From contig JAAVZA010000036.1 in NCBI GenBank assembly GCA_022791395.1, positions 1-32,000 of the forward strand: DNA of 32,000 nucleotides, written 5' to 3'. Shown piece after piece: positions 17,410 to 26,899 of the stretch; positions within the stretch are counted from its first letter, which is position 1, and every line of letters starts with the position of its first letter. The stretch comes from Clostridia bacterium. GTDB lineage: Bacteria; Bacillota; Clostridia; TANB77; CAG-508. The notes below the pieces were generated by a model. The model was given only the letters and a program-made list of their open reading frames with translations. It was not told the DNA's origin and made no database searches. The translations under genes were made by a program, and so were the position numbers.

Positions 17410-18135
17410 ATGAGTACAGCAATAGTAACAGGAGGGGCAAAAGGAATAGGAAGAGCTATAGTAAAAGAAATTGCAAAAAAGGGAATAAATGTAGTAATAA
17501 ATTATAACACCTCAAAAGAACAAGCAGAAAAATTACAAAAAGAACTAGCTGATAATGGATACAAAGCAGAAATATATAAAGCAGATGTATCAAAAAGAGA
17601 ACAAGCAAAAGCCTTAATAGAATTTGCACAAAAACAATTTGGAAATATAGATATATTAGTAAACAATGCAGGAATAGATCAGTTTAAGCTATTTACAGAT
17701 ATTACAGATGAAGATTGGAATAATATCCTACAAACAAATTTAACAAGTGTATTTTATACTACACAAGAAGCAGTAAAGAATATGATAAAAAATAAAAAAG
17801 GATGTATAATAAATATATCATCAATATGGGGAATTACAGGAGCATCTTGTGAAGTAGCATACTCAGTTTCAAAAGCAGGAATAGATGGATTAACAAAATC
17901 ACTTGCAAAAGAATTAGGACCATCTAATATAAGAGTGAATTCAATTGCACCTGGAGCAATTTTAACAGATATGAACAAAAACTTAACTAATGAAGAAATA
18001 CAAGAAGTAAACAGTCAAATACCAATGGAAAGATTTGGAACACCAGAAGAAATTGCAAAATGTGTAAATTGGCTGATAGAAGACACATATACAACAGGAC
18101 AAATAATATCACCAAATGGAGGTTGGGTAATATAA
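17410..18135 (+). CDS. short-chain dehydrogenase/reductase, FabG-like (3-oxoacyl-ACP reductase family)
   Basis: 241 aa. TGGAKGIG, NNAG, catalytic S...YSVSK and PGAILTDM are classical SDR signatures. Confidence 0.9.
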   Translation: MSTAIVTGGAKGIGRAIVKEIAKKGINVVINYNTSKEQAEKLQKELADNGYKAEIYKADVSKREQAKALIEFAQKQFGNIDILVNNAGIDQFKLFTDITDEDWNNILQTNLTSVFYTTQEAVKNMIKNKKGCIINISSIWGITGASCEVAYSVSKAGIDGLTKSLAKELGPSNIRVNSIAPGAILTDMNKNLTNEEIQEVNSQIPMERFGTPEEIAKCVNWLIEDTYTTGQIISPNGGWVI

Positions 18136-18140
18136 TAAAA

Positions 18141-18162
18141 AGGCGGATTTGAAAATCCGCCT
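18141..18162. terminator. bidirectional terminator between the convergent SDR and CBM-like genes
   Basis: aggcggattt-ga-aaatccgcct GC-containing hairpin with A/T runs on both sides. Confidence 0.6.
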
Positions 18163-18173
18163 AAAATTTTATT

Positions 18174-18635
18174 TTAATTTTCACTAAGTTTTCTCTTATA
18201 ATTACCTGATATAATCTTTGGAAGATAAGTAATAATTTTATATACAGCAATACGAACTTTTTTACTCCAGATATAAGATTTGCGTAATCTTCTAGTAGGA
18301 AGTAAGCTATTATTTTCAGTAGTAACTAAAGCCATAATATTTTTCTCAATAGGAAAAACATAATTCTTGCCGTTATTATTATCCCAATTATTATTTCCAT
18401 CTCTAAAACAGAAATTGAAAGTATCAAAAGAAACAAGCTCAACTTCAGCTTGAAAACCAAGTTCAGTTTTCTCCATTTCAATTTCATTTAGGTCATCCCA
18501 AGATAATCCAAAACCATAGTGAATAAACACTTTCTCAGCATTATCACTAAATAGTTTTCCTGTATAAGAGATCTTAACAGTAGTATTTTCAATTAATTTA
18601 TCAGTATTAAAAAATATATTCTTAGTTAATTCCAT
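18174..18635 (-). CDS. carbohydrate-binding-module-like protein (CBM25/53-type WDNN motif); start moved to an internal ATG
   Basis: ..VFIHYGFGLSWDDL..FCFRDGNNNWDNNNGKNYVF resembles starch/glycogen-binding CBMs. RBS aaggagag is 9 nt before the ATG at 18635 (ORF-track start 18671 has no RBS). Confidence 0.55.
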   Translation of the reverse strand: MELTKNIFFNTDKLIENTTVKISYTGKLFSDNAEKVFIHYGFGLSWDDLNEIEMEKTELGFQAEVELVSFDTFNFCFRDGNNNWDNNNGKNYVFPIEKNIMALVTTENNSLLPTRRLRKSYIWSKKVRIAVYKIITYLPKIISGNYKRKLSEN

Positions 18636-18722
18636 AACTTGAAACTCTCCTTGTTTGTCTTTTGTAGTCATATTATATTATTAAAAAACTAAATATTCAA
18701 GTATTTTTAACAATAAAATCCC

Positions 18723-19292
18723 TTATTTTGATAAAATTTTTCCTATAATATAAAAATCGTCATCTTTCTTTATAGAAATGTCAGAAAAACTCTTATTATC
18801 AGCTCTTAATGTGATTTTATCTTGTCTTGCAAAGAATTTTCTAATTATAACATCTCCATTCAAACTAAAAACACCATAATCTTTGCTATTTAATGGAGTA
18901 TTAAATTCAACAAAAACATAAGAATTTTTAGCAAAAGTAGGAGCCATTGAATCATCATTAATTCTAAGAGCTATAGCAGAACTTGGAACGTTAGAAGGAC
19001 AATCAATAAATCCACTAACAGAATCCACTGCTAATAACTTATTATAAGAAATATGACTTACAACATTATAAGTCTCTTGATCTTCATTAATAGTTTTATC
19101 ATAAGTATACATTAATTGTTGATAAGGAATATCTAAAGCCTTACAAATATTCTTTAAAGCTTTGTGGCTAGGATTTCTTTCACCCTTTTCAATATGTGTT
19201 AAGTGACCAATATTAATATCAGTTAATCTCGAAAGTTCAGTTTTAGTCATTCTTTTTTCTTTTCTTGCTTTTGCAATCATATCACCAATCAT
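18723..19292 (-). CDS. CI/LexA-like repressor: XRE HTH plus S24 peptidase domain
   Basis: 189 aa. N-terminal HTH (MTKTELSRLTDINIGHLTHIEKGERNPS), C-terminal S24 signature (NDDSMAPTF ... GDVIIRKF) with Ser/Lys dyad candidates. Confidence 0.85.
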   Translation of the reverse strand: MIGDMIAKARKEKRMTKTELSRLTDINIGHLTHIEKGERNPSHKALKNICKALDIPYQQLMYTYDKTINEDQETYNVVSHISYNKLLAVDSVSGFIDCPSNVPSSAIALRINDDSMAPTFAKNSYVFVEFNTPLNSKDYGVFSLNGDVIIRKFFARQDKITLRADNKSFSDISIKKDDDFYIIGKILSK

Positions 19293-19325
19293 AAAATTCT
19301 ACCTCTTTTTCTATTATTTTTCACC

Positions 19326-19354
19326 ATTATATAAGAAAAAATGCAATTTGTCTA
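19326..19354 (-). promoter_or_regulatory. promoter candidate for the XRE-S24 repressor
   Basis: Minus strand reads TAGACA, 17 nt, TATAAT. Confidence 0.45.
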
Positions 19355-19366
19355 CCAGTAAACTAA

Positions 19367-19383
19367 AAAAATGTAACATTTTT
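19367..19383. promoter_or_regulatory. 17-bp palindrome between the divergent promoters (candidate operator)
   Basis: aaaaatgt-a-acattttt, perfect 8-1-8. A related half-site aaatgtaaac occurs at ~19441. Confidence 0.35.
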
Positions 19384-19404
19384 ATAAAAAATATCATAAA
19401 ATTC

Positions 19405-19433
19405 TTGACTTGTCAAATTAGTACATATATAAT
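19405..19433 (+). promoter_or_regulatory. promoter candidate for the Cro-like gene, with inverted repeat TTGAC-TT-GTCAA over the -35 box
   Basis: TTGACT (19405-19410), 17 nt, TATAAT (19428-19433). The palindromic TTGACTTGTCAA spans 19405-19416. Confidence 0.55.
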
Positions 19434-19465
19434 ATTGACAAAATGTAAACGAAAGGAGAAATGAT

Positions 19466-19672
19466 ATGTATAAAAATAGTATCAGGAAGTATAGAAAAGA
19501 AAAGGGATTAAAGTTGGAGGAAATGTCAATTAAAATAGGAATATCAACTGGATATCTTTGTCATCTAGAAAGAGGAACTAGAAAAAATCCATCAAGAGAA
19601 GTAATGGAGAGAATTTCAAAAGCATTACAAAAAAGTATAGCAGAAGTATTTTTTGAGGAGAGTGATGAATAG
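19466..19672 (+). CDS. small XRE-family HTH protein (Cro-like)
   Basis: 68 aa with LEEMSIKIGISTGYLCHLERGTRKNPS. RBS aaaggag. Divergent from the S24 repressor. Confidence 0.8.
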   Translation: MYKNSIRKYRKEKGLKLEEMSIKIGISTGYLCHLERGTRKNPSREVMERISKALQKSIAEVFFEESDE

Positions 19673-19796
19673 AAAAAAGAAAAATGTAATGAAAGATTTA
19701 ACTATATGCATAAAATTAATATTGTAAAGCAAAACAATATATGATAATATAAAGAAAATTAGAATAGAGCAAAGAATTATAGGGAGGAGAGATATA

Positions 19797-21380
19797 ATGA
19801 GAAAAAATAATAGGAAAAGAAATAAGAAAAATACATATTTAAATCCGAAAAAAATAATACTACCAATTCTTATAATATTTGCTTTACTAATATTCTCAAG
19901 CATATTTGCTCTTACAAATGCACTAGGAGAAACAATAATTTCAAGAGTAAAAATAAATAATATAGATGTCTCAAATTTAACAATAAATGAAGCATATCAA
20001 AAACTAAAAGAACAATTTGATGAACAAGTAAGTAAAAATATAAAAGTAAAACAAGGGGAATATGAAACAACAATAAGTTTAGAACAAATAGAAGTAAAAT
20101 ATGACATAATAGAAGCTATAAACGAAGCATATAAAATAGGAAGAAATAAAAATATAATAATAAGTAATTATTCAATACTAAAAACAAAACTATTTTCTAC
20201 TAAGATAGAAAAAGCAATAAATATGAACGAAGAAGAACTAAACAAAGTAATAGATGACATATCTGCAAAGATACCAGGAGTTGTAACTCAAAGTTCGTAT
20301 TATATTGAAGGTGATAACCTAATAATTTCTAATGGAAAAGCAGGAATTGAAGTAAATAAAGAAGAATTTAAAAAAAGAATAATAGATGCAATAAAAAAAC
20401 AAATAAAAGGAAAAGAAATAGATACTATAGAAATTCCAATAGAACAAAAAGAACCTGAGAAGTTAGATATAGAAAAAATAAGAGAAGAAATATATAAAGA
20501 ACCACAAGATGCATATTATGAAGAAAATCCAGTTGTATTACATAAGGAAGTAAATGGTATAGATTTAAAAATATCTATAGAAGAGGCAAAAACGATATTA
20601 GAAGAACAAAAAGATGAATATGTAATTCCATTAACTATTACAAAACCAGAAATAACAGTAAAAGATTTAAAGAATCAAAACTTCTTTCCAGAACAAATAT
20701 CAAAATATGTAACAAGATATGATGAAAGTAATATTAATAGAAGTACAAATATTAAACTAGCATCAGAAAAAATAGATGGAACGATACTAATGCCAGGAGA
20801 AACATTTTCATATAATAAAATAGTTGGCGAAAGAACAATAAAAGCAGGATATAAAGAAGCATCCGTATATATGGGAGGAAAAGTAGTAGATGGAATTGGA
20901 GGAGGAATATGCCAAGTATCATCAACTTTATATAATGCAGTACTAGAAGCAAACCTTGAGGTAACTTCTAGAAGAAACCATTACTTCATAACAGGATATG
21001 TATCAGCAAGTAGAGATGCTACAGTATCATATGGAACGATAGATTTTAAATTTAAAAATACAAGAACATATCCAATAAAAATAGAATGTTTATCACAAAA
21101 TGGTATATGCCAAATTGAAATAAAAGGAATAAAAGAAGATATAGAATATGAAGTAGTAATAGAAGATAAAATAACAGAAGTAATACCATATACTACTAAA
21201 TATATAAAAACAAATAAATTAGAAAAAGGAGTAGAAAACGAAATACAAAAAGGGGTAAATGGATATAAAAGTGAAGCATACAGAATATTAAGGCTAAATG
21301 GGAAAGTAATATCAAAGACTCTATTATCAAAAGATTCATATAATCCACTACAGAGAATAGTAGAACAAGGAACAAAATAG
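19797..21380 (+). CDS. VanW-domain protein with N-terminal membrane anchor and C-terminal G5 domain
   Basis: 527 aa. Contains GTILMPGETFSYNKIVGERT..AGY and GGGICQVSSTLYNA (VanW core). The C-terminal ..KGVNGYKSEAYRILRLNGKVISKTLLSKDSYNPLQRIVEQG is G5-like. Confidence 0.85.
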   Translation: MRKNNRKRNKKNTYLNPKKIILPILIIFALLIFSSIFALTNALGETIISRVKINNIDVSNLTINEAYQKLKEQFDEQVSKNIKVKQGEYETTISLEQIEVKYDIIEAINEAYKIGRNKNIIISNYSILKTKLFSTKIEKAINMNEEELNKVIDDISAKIPGVVTQSSYYIEGDNLIISNGKAGIEVNKEEFKKRIIDAIKKQIKGKEIDTIEIPIEQKEPEKLDIEKIREEIYKEPQDAYYEENPVVLHKEVNGIDLKISIEEAKTILEEQKDEYVIPLTITKPEITVKDLKNQNFFPEQISKYVTRYDESNINRSTNIKLASEKIDGTILMPGETFSYNKIVGERTIKAGYKEASVYMGGKVVDGIGGGICQVSSTLYNAVLEANLEVTSRRNHYFITGYVSASRDATVSYGTIDFKFKNTRTYPIKIECLSQNGICQIEIKGIKEDIEYEVVIEDKITEVIPYTTKYIKTNKLEKGVENEIQKGVNGYKSEAYRILRLNGKVISKTLLSKDSYNPLQRIVEQGTK

Positions 21381-21383
21381 AAA

Positions 21384-21409
21384 AAGCACTGTACATTTGT
21401 ACAGTGCTT
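21384..21409 (+). terminator. hairpin terminator candidate after the VanW gene
   Basis: aagcactgtac-attt-gtacagtgctt perfect 11-bp stem. The T-tail is poor. Confidence 0.5.
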
Positions 21410-21488
21410 ATAAAAAACTTTTCATAAAAATTATCAAAGTATTGACAAATTCATTATAATCGCATTATAATAATAATTGTTCATAAAT

Positions 21489-21564
21489 GCGCCATTAGCT
21501 CAGTTGGTAGAGCAGGTGACTCTTAATCACAAGGTCGGAGGTTCGACCCCTCTATGGCGCACCA
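21489..21564 (+). tRNA. tRNA-Lys (anticodon CUU), CCA encoded
   Basis: Acceptor GCGCCAT/ATGGCGC, anticodon loop CTCTTAA, T-arm GGAGG-TTCGACC-CCTCT. Confidence 0.9.
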
Positions 21565-21936
21565 ATATTTTATATATCTAAAATAAAATTATATTCTTTA
21601 GAAATACATTATAAGTCACACATCAATATCCGTTATAAAAAATAAATAGTATTAATAACTAACTATCATAATAAATTGATAGTTTTAAAATTACACTCTA
21701 TTTTTCATTAAATAAATTCATATAATCACAAGTAATTTACTAAACAATTAACAAACCACTTAACTTTTAAATTTTTTATTCAAATTAAAAAAATCTCTAA
21801 ATAATTCATAGAAAAAATCCAATGAAATCTAATATCTTAAAAAAGATAGAAAATCTTAATAGAAGGGAGGAAATTTATAAGTAAATAAAAAAATATTGCT
21901 TAAATAAAAAAATTTTTAAATGGAGGTAAAATAAAA

Positions 21937-23805
21937 ATGAAATTAAAAACAATTACAGCACTAATATTTATTATAATTTTAATAATTCCAATATCAACAT
22001 ATGCAGTTACAGAAAAAGATAATGGAAAAATAAAAATATCACCAGTAATAAAGCAAAATTTTGAAGGTTCATGGATAAAAGGGTTTGATATAAAAGGATA
22101 TACAATAAAAGAAAAAGAAATAATCAGTAGCACGCATAATAACTTAGGCTATCATGTATTTTTAAATGTAAATGGTAAATATGGAGAAATGAATGGAAAA
22201 TATACATTAGGAAAAGAAAAAATGAAAGATATGCACTATAAAGAAGTACAAAATGATGCAGTGCAAAATATAGAAGGAATAGAACTATTAGTAAGCACAC
22301 AATATCTAAATGACGGTAGACAAGTACAAATAATATATACACTAAAAAATACTACAAAAGATACTGCAACAATTTCGCTTGGAACATCAGCAGACATAGA
22401 AATTGATGGAGATGATAAAGCTACAATAGAAAAACTAAATAATGGAGAAACACTAAAATTATACACAGAAAAAGGAGAAACAAAAAAGAAAGTACAATTC
22501 ATCTTATATGGTAAAAATACTGGGGAAGTAACAAATATAGATAACCTATGGATAGGAAATTGGAGTGATTATTATTTAAGTCATATATTTGATAATAATC
22601 CAAATGTAAAAAAGATAGAAAACAAGGATAGTGCATTAACATTTTCGTGGGTAAATAAAGAAATAAAAGCAGGAGAAACAAAAAAATATTCAGTAGTAAT
22701 GGAAATAGGAGAGCAAAATGTGCCAAGTGTAGAAATACAACTAGAAAACAATGCAAAATTATATTACACTAATGCAATAATAAAGGGAGTAGTAGAAGAT
22801 AAAGACTTAAAAGATATAGTCTCAATACATTACAGCGTAGACAACAAAGAATATACATTACCACCTATTTCTACCAAAGGTCAAGCAAGAGAATTTTCTT
22901 TAGACTTAACAAAATTAAATCTATCAGCAGAACAATCACATACACTTAAAATATGGGCTGAAGATAGTACAAATTCCAAAAGTAAAATTGAAGAAAGAAA
23001 TTTTATGATTACATATTTAAAAAATCCTAAAATAATATTATCAGAAAAAGATTGGACTAAAAATAATGTAACATTTCAAATTATAGATACAGAAAATGAA
23101 AATCAATATGTAGAAAAATATCAATACAAAATTAACAATAAAGAATGGATAGACTGTAAAACTGACACAAACATCATAATTAAAGAAAACGGGATAAACC
23201 AAATAGATACAAGAATAGTAGGAACTAAAGCAGGAGACTTTTCTAATACGATAACAGAATATGCAAAAATAGATAAAGTCAAACCAACAAATAGCACACC
23301 AACAGTAGAGAAAACCAACAATACCATAACAATAAACTGTACTCAAATAGATAAAGAAAGCGGAATAGACAATACAAAAAACTTATATGCAATAAAACAA
23401 AAAAATAAATGGAGTGACTGGCAAACAAGCAATACATTTACTAATTTAAAACCAAATACAAAATATTGGGTAAAAACTAAAAGCACAGATAAAGCTGGAA
23501 ACATAGCAGAATCACAAGAATTAGTAGTAAAAACAGAACAAATAAAAGTAGAAAATCCAAAAGAAGAAGCAAATATAAAAAATGAAAATCAAACAAACAA
23601 AAATGATAAAAAAGAAGAAACAATAATAAATACAGAAATAGAAATATTAGAAACGAAAGAAGATAATACAATAGCAAAAGTACCAATACCAAAAACAGGA
23701 GAGAATTATTTAGTAAAATGCTTAATATTAACTTTAATGTTAATTTTAATATTAAGAGCAATTATATACTATACAAAATTAAGAGAAATAAAAAATAGAA
23801 TATAA
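21937..23805 (+). CDS. cell-wall-anchored surface protein (sortase substrate, IPKTG signal) with an Fn3-like module
   Basis: 622 aa. Has a signal peptide, an Fn3-like segment (..NLKPNTKYWVKTKSTDKAGNIAES..), and a C-terminal PIPKTG motif followed by a hydrophobic helix and basic tail. Confidence 0.8.
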   Translation: MKLKTITALIFIIILIIPISTYAVTEKDNGKIKISPVIKQNFEGSWIKGFDIKGYTIKEKEIISSTHNNLGYHVFLNVNGKYGEMNGKYTLGKEKMKDMHYKEVQNDAVQNIEGIELLVSTQYLNDGRQVQIIYTLKNTTKDTATISLGTSADIEIDGDDKATIEKLNNGETLKLYTEKGETKKKVQFILYGKNTGEVTNIDNLWIGNWSDYYLSHIFDNNPNVKKIENKDSALTFSWVNKEIKAGETKKYSVVMEIGEQNVPSVEIQLENNAKLYYTNAIIKGVVEDKDLKDIVSIHYSVDNKEYTLPPISTKGQAREFSLDLTKLNLSAEQSHTLKIWAEDSTNSKSKIEERNFMITYLKNPKIILSEKDWTKNNVTFQIIDTENENQYVEKYQYKINNKEWIDCKTDTNIIIKENGINQIDTRIVGTKAGDFSNTITEYAKIDKVKPTNSTPTVEKTNNTITINCTQIDKESGIDNTKNLYAIKQKNKWSDWQTSNTFTNLKPNTKYWVKTKSTDKAGNIAESQELVVKTEQIKVENPKEEANIKNENQTNKNDKKEETIINTEIEILETKEDNTIAKVPIPKTGENYLVKCLILTLMLILILRAIIYYTKLREIKNRI

Positions 23806-23829
23806 AAAATCGAGCGCAAGCTCGATTTT
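23806..23829. terminator. bidirectional terminator between the convergent surface-protein genes
   Basis: aaaatcgagc-gcaa-gctcgatttt. Confidence 0.7.
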
Positions 23830-23843
23830 CATATATGAAATTG

Positions 23844-25271
23844 TTAAATATCTCTTAAATTACTATACTTTTTAAAAGCTACAATACCAATACCTAATAT
23901 AGAAACAATTAAAGCACCTAAAGTTATAGTTGCACCAGTTTGGGGAATTTTACCTCCTGCTACTGTATCATCCTTACCTGAATTATTAGCATTGTTGTTA
24001 CTATTTTGATTGTTATTACTGCTACTATTATCCTTATTATCAGTATTATCTTGTTTATTGTCAGTTTTGTTATCAGTATTATTATCTTGTTTATTATCAT
24101 CTTTATCTGTATTATCGTTATTCTTATCTTGATTATCTGTATTATTATTAGTAATACCTTCAGTATTGGCTTTTATAGTATTACCACTAATAAGAGGACA
24201 AGATAGTTCAGCATCAATTCCAGTAGCATTCTTTATAGTTCCACCAGTTAAACTAACAGTAGTAAGTTGACCATTATCGCCAGCTTGAATATTATAAGAA
24301 TATTCAATATAATTATCTTTTATAGTACCATTTGTAACGTCTCTTTCAGCACTTTCACCAAATTTAATTTTTAAAGTAGGTACTGTAGTTCCAGTAATTT
24401 TTTCTGTGAAATAAACTCTAATTTTAACTGTTTGGCTAGTTTTATATGTGCCAGAATTTGGGCTTATTACTTTGATTTCCTTTACTTTTGGAGCATTAGC
24501 ATCTTTTATATATTCAGAAACAGTAGTAGCTTCAGGTAATCCATCATGAATTACAGCAGAATATACATCTTTACAATTATCACCACTACGTTTTACCCAA
24601 ATAATATAAAGTCCATCATTATTTTCATTTTTATATTCAATAACACGTTCAGTAGAATATCCATTACTTGGAACAGCTGGTAAAGAAGACTCTAAAGAAG
24701 TTATATTTTTATTATTATTTTTAACATCCAAAAATTTTTGAATAAAAGTAGAGTCTGTTATTTTTTGAACATAAGTATATGTATGATTTGCTCCAGTATA
24801 TATATAATTATTACCTATAGAACCATATAAATATGCAGAAGCAAAGTTATAGTCATGATTAGTTTTATTATAAGGTCCAGCTTGTAAATAAGGTAATTTT
24901 AGATTAACTTCTAAAGCATTTACTACATAACTATCATCTGAGTTATTTTTAATATACAAAGAACCTTTATCTGTTACTTTCAATACATTTACAATATCTT
25001 TAGTAGAAGCTGATAAATTAATTTTTGCAGTATTATTTGTAAAATCAGTTACAGTATGCCAAGTTTCAGGTTTAGCACCTTTAGTAGTTAAAGCATAAGA
25101 ATATGCTGTATTTTCATCTAAAGTTAAACCTTTAAGATTCAAAGTAATAGAACCATCATTTGAAGGTATTTCTCTAGTATATGAAACAGTAGCATTAACA
25201 ATACTTGGAACTACTAGTAACAAAACCATAATACCAAGAATAATTAAAGAATTTCTTAAATTCATTTTCAT
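23844..25271 (-). CDS. cell-wall-anchored surface protein (sortase substrate, IPQTG signal) with an Asn/Asp/Lys-rich stalk
   Basis: Signal peptide, Ig-like-looking repeat region, low-complexity linker, then IPQTG plus TM plus basic tail. The ORF-track GTG at 25283 overlaps the RBS aaaggag, so the ATG at 25271 is preferred. Confidence 0.8.
   Translation of the reverse strand: MKMNLRNSLIILGIMVLLLVVPSIVNATVSYTREIPSNDGSITLNLKGLTLDENTAYSYALTTKGAKPETWHTVTDFTNNTAKINLSASTKDIVNVLKVTDKGSLYIKNNSDDSYVVNALEVNLKLPYLQAGPYNKTNHDYNFASAYLYGSIGNNYIYTGANHTYTYVQKITDSTFIQKFLDVKNNNKNITSLESSLPAVPSNGYSTERVIEYKNENNDGLYIIWVKRSGDNCKDVYSAVIHDGLPEATTVSEYIKDANAPKVKEIKVISPNSGTYKTSQTVKIRVYFTEKITGTTVPTLKIKFGESAERDVTNGTIKDNYIEYSYNIQAGDNGQLTTVSLTGGTIKNATGIDAELSCPLISGNTIKANTEGITNNNTDNQDKNNDNTDKDDNKQDNNTDNKTDNKQDNTDNKDNSSSNNNQNSNNNANNSGKDDTVAGGKIPQTGATITLGALIVSILGIGIVAFKKYSNLRDI
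23985..24149 (-). repeat. coding low-complexity tract (about 55 codons of N/D/K/T/Q/S) forming the stalk of the surface protein
   Basis: Translation is NNNTDNQDKNNDNTDKDDNKQDNNTDNKTDNKQDNTDNKDNSSSNNNQNSNNNAN, encoded by degenerate short DNA repeats. Confidence 0.8.
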
Positions 25272-25438
25272 TTGTTTTTTCACTCCTTTTATTTTTATAA
25301 CTAATATATATCATTAAACCTCTGTTTTGTAAACAAATCTTCTAAATAAAATTAAAATGTCATAAAAATGTAAAAAAGGGTAGAAAAAAGTAAAAGAAAA
25401 GACTATAATAAAAAAGTAAAGATATAAGAGGTGAGCAT

Positions 25439-26389
25439 ATGATAACAATATACAATTCAAATTTAGAAACAAATGAATTAAAAAAAGAAAACAAAATAAC
25501 AAAAGGTAGTTGGGTAAATATGATAAACCCAACAGAAGAGGAAATAAAAAAAATATGTGAAGCAACCAAAATAAAAGAAGACTTTATAAGATATTCATTA
25601 GACTATGAGGAAAAGGCGAGAATTGACGAAGAAGATGAGGATGGAACAATACTATTTCTTATAGATGTTCCAATAATAGAAAAAGAAAAAGAAGCAGAAA
25701 TCTATACAACAATGCCACTTGGAATGATAGTAGTAAGAGATGAATATTTTATAACAGTTTCTTTAAAAAGAAACTTAATAATAGATAACTTCGAGAAAAA
25801 AAGAGTAAAAGGATTTTCAACATATAAAAAAAGTAGATTTCTATTACAAATAATGTTTACAAATGCATCACACTATTTAACATACTTAAAACAAATAAAC
25901 AAAGAAACAGAAATAGCAGAATCAATATTAAAAAATTCTATGAAAAATAGAGAACTTTTAAAATTATTAAGCTTAGAAAAAAGCTTAGTATACTTTACAA
26001 CATCATTAAAATCAAATGAATTAGTAATGGAAAAAACTCTAAGAGGAAAAATTTTAAAATTATATGATGAGGATGAAGATATATTAGAAGATGCAATTAT
26101 AGAAAACAAACAAGCAATAGAAATGAGCCAAATATATAGGGATATATTAAATGGGACAATGGATGCCTACGCATCAATAATATCAAATAATTTAAATGGA
26201 GTAATGAAATTTTTAACATCAATAACAATAATACTTGCAATTCCAACATTAATAGCAAGTTTATGGGGAATGAATGTGCCAGTACCATTACAAAATAATC
26301 CATTTGGATTTCCAATACTTATTATAGTTTCAATAGTAGTAACTTTAATAGCAGTAATAATGTTAAAAAGACGAGATTTACTAAATTAA
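25439..26389 (+). CDS. corA: CorA-family magnesium/cobalt transporter
   Basis: 316 aa. Two C-terminal TM helices with the GMN signature (LWGMNVPVP). RBS agaggtg. Confidence 0.9.
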   Translation: MITIYNSNLETNELKKENKITKGSWVNMINPTEEEIKKICEATKIKEDFIRYSLDYEEKARIDEEDEDGTILFLIDVPIIEKEKEAEIYTTMPLGMIVVRDEYFITVSLKRNLIIDNFEKKRVKGFSTYKKSRFLLQIMFTNASHYLTYLKQINKETEIAESILKNSMKNRELLKLLSLEKSLVYFTTSLKSNELVMEKTLRGKILKLYDEDEDILEDAIIENKQAIEMSQIYRDILNGTMDAYASIISNNLNGVMKFLTSITIILAIPTLIASLWGMNVPVPLQNNPFGFPILIIVSIVVTLIAVIMLKRRDLLN

Positions 26390-26407
26390 AAAAAGTTATA
26401 AAATTTG

Positions 26408-26439
26408 AAAAAGTGTAGATTTTAAAATCTACACTTTTT
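26408..26439 (+). terminator. intrinsic terminator after corA
   Basis: aaaaagtgtagatttt / aaaatctacacttttt near-perfect hairpin followed by a T-run. Confidence 0.7.
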
Positions 26440-26566
26440 GATTTAAAAGATTTGTAAAAATATAAATAGATCCAATAATATTAAAATTACAAAAATAAAA
26501 AATGAATAAAAAACAAAAAAATACATATATTAAAACTGAAAAAAACAAAAGTGAGGAGTGAGTAAA

Positions 26567-26758
26567 ATGAAAATCATAGATAAAATAGCCTTAGTATTAG
26601 TAATAATAGGAGCAATAGTATGGGGATTAATAGGATTATTTAACTTTAACTTAGTAGAAATGTTATTTGGAAATATGACCATAATATCAAGAATAATATA
26701 TACATTAGTAGGTGTATCTGGACTATGGGCAATAAAACTATTATTTGACAATGACTAG
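26567..26758 (+). CDS. DUF378-family small membrane protein (ATG at 26567 preferred)
   Basis: MKIIDKIALVLVIIGAIVWGLIGLFNFNLV...IIYTLVGVSGLW is the typical DUF378 pattern. RBS gaggag is 8 nt upstream of 26567. Confidence 0.8.
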   Translation: MKIIDKIALVLVIIGAIVWGLIGLFNFNLVEMLFGNMTIISRIIYTLVGVSGLWAIKLLFDND

Positions 26759-26863
26759 AACAATTTGCCGAGGATAGAAAAGAAAAATTTGACATATAAA
26801 TAATAATATACTATTATAATTATAGCAATTACTCAATAGGTCGAGTAAAAATTACGCAAAAAA

Positions 26864-26899
26864 GGAACTAGGAAACCGTTAACTTTCCTAGTTCTTTTG
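26864..26899. terminator. bidirectional intrinsic terminator in the DUF378/ABC-F intergenic region
   Basis: ggaactaggaaa-ccgttaac-tttcctagttc hairpin with A6 upstream and TTTTG downstream. Confidence 0.6.

Noticed and set aside
21565-21936. 372-bp AT-rich spacer after tRNA-Lys(CUU) containing an orphan Shine-Dalgarno-like agaagggagg (~21862) with no start codon. It was considered as an integration scar or att site.
   Set aside because: I could not find a repeat of the tRNA 3' end or any recombinase remnant. A hairpin at ~21659-21683 explains tRNA termination. The SD-like string alone is weak evidence.
23985-24149. Short degenerate DNA repeats that could be mistaken for a CRISPR or minisatellite array. 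The plus-strand 66-aa ORF at 24006-24206 lies in the same tract.
   Set aside because: The tract is in frame within the 475-aa surface protein and encodes its N/D/K-rich stalk. There are no regular repeat-spacer units. The plus-strand ORF is the antisense of this low-complexity coding tract.
25314-25569. Two overlapping minus-strand ORFs (83 and 69 aa) upstream of and overlapping the corA start.
   Set aside because: Their translations are low-complexity Phe/Leu-rich, they lack RBSs and they are antisense to the corA 5' end and promoter region.
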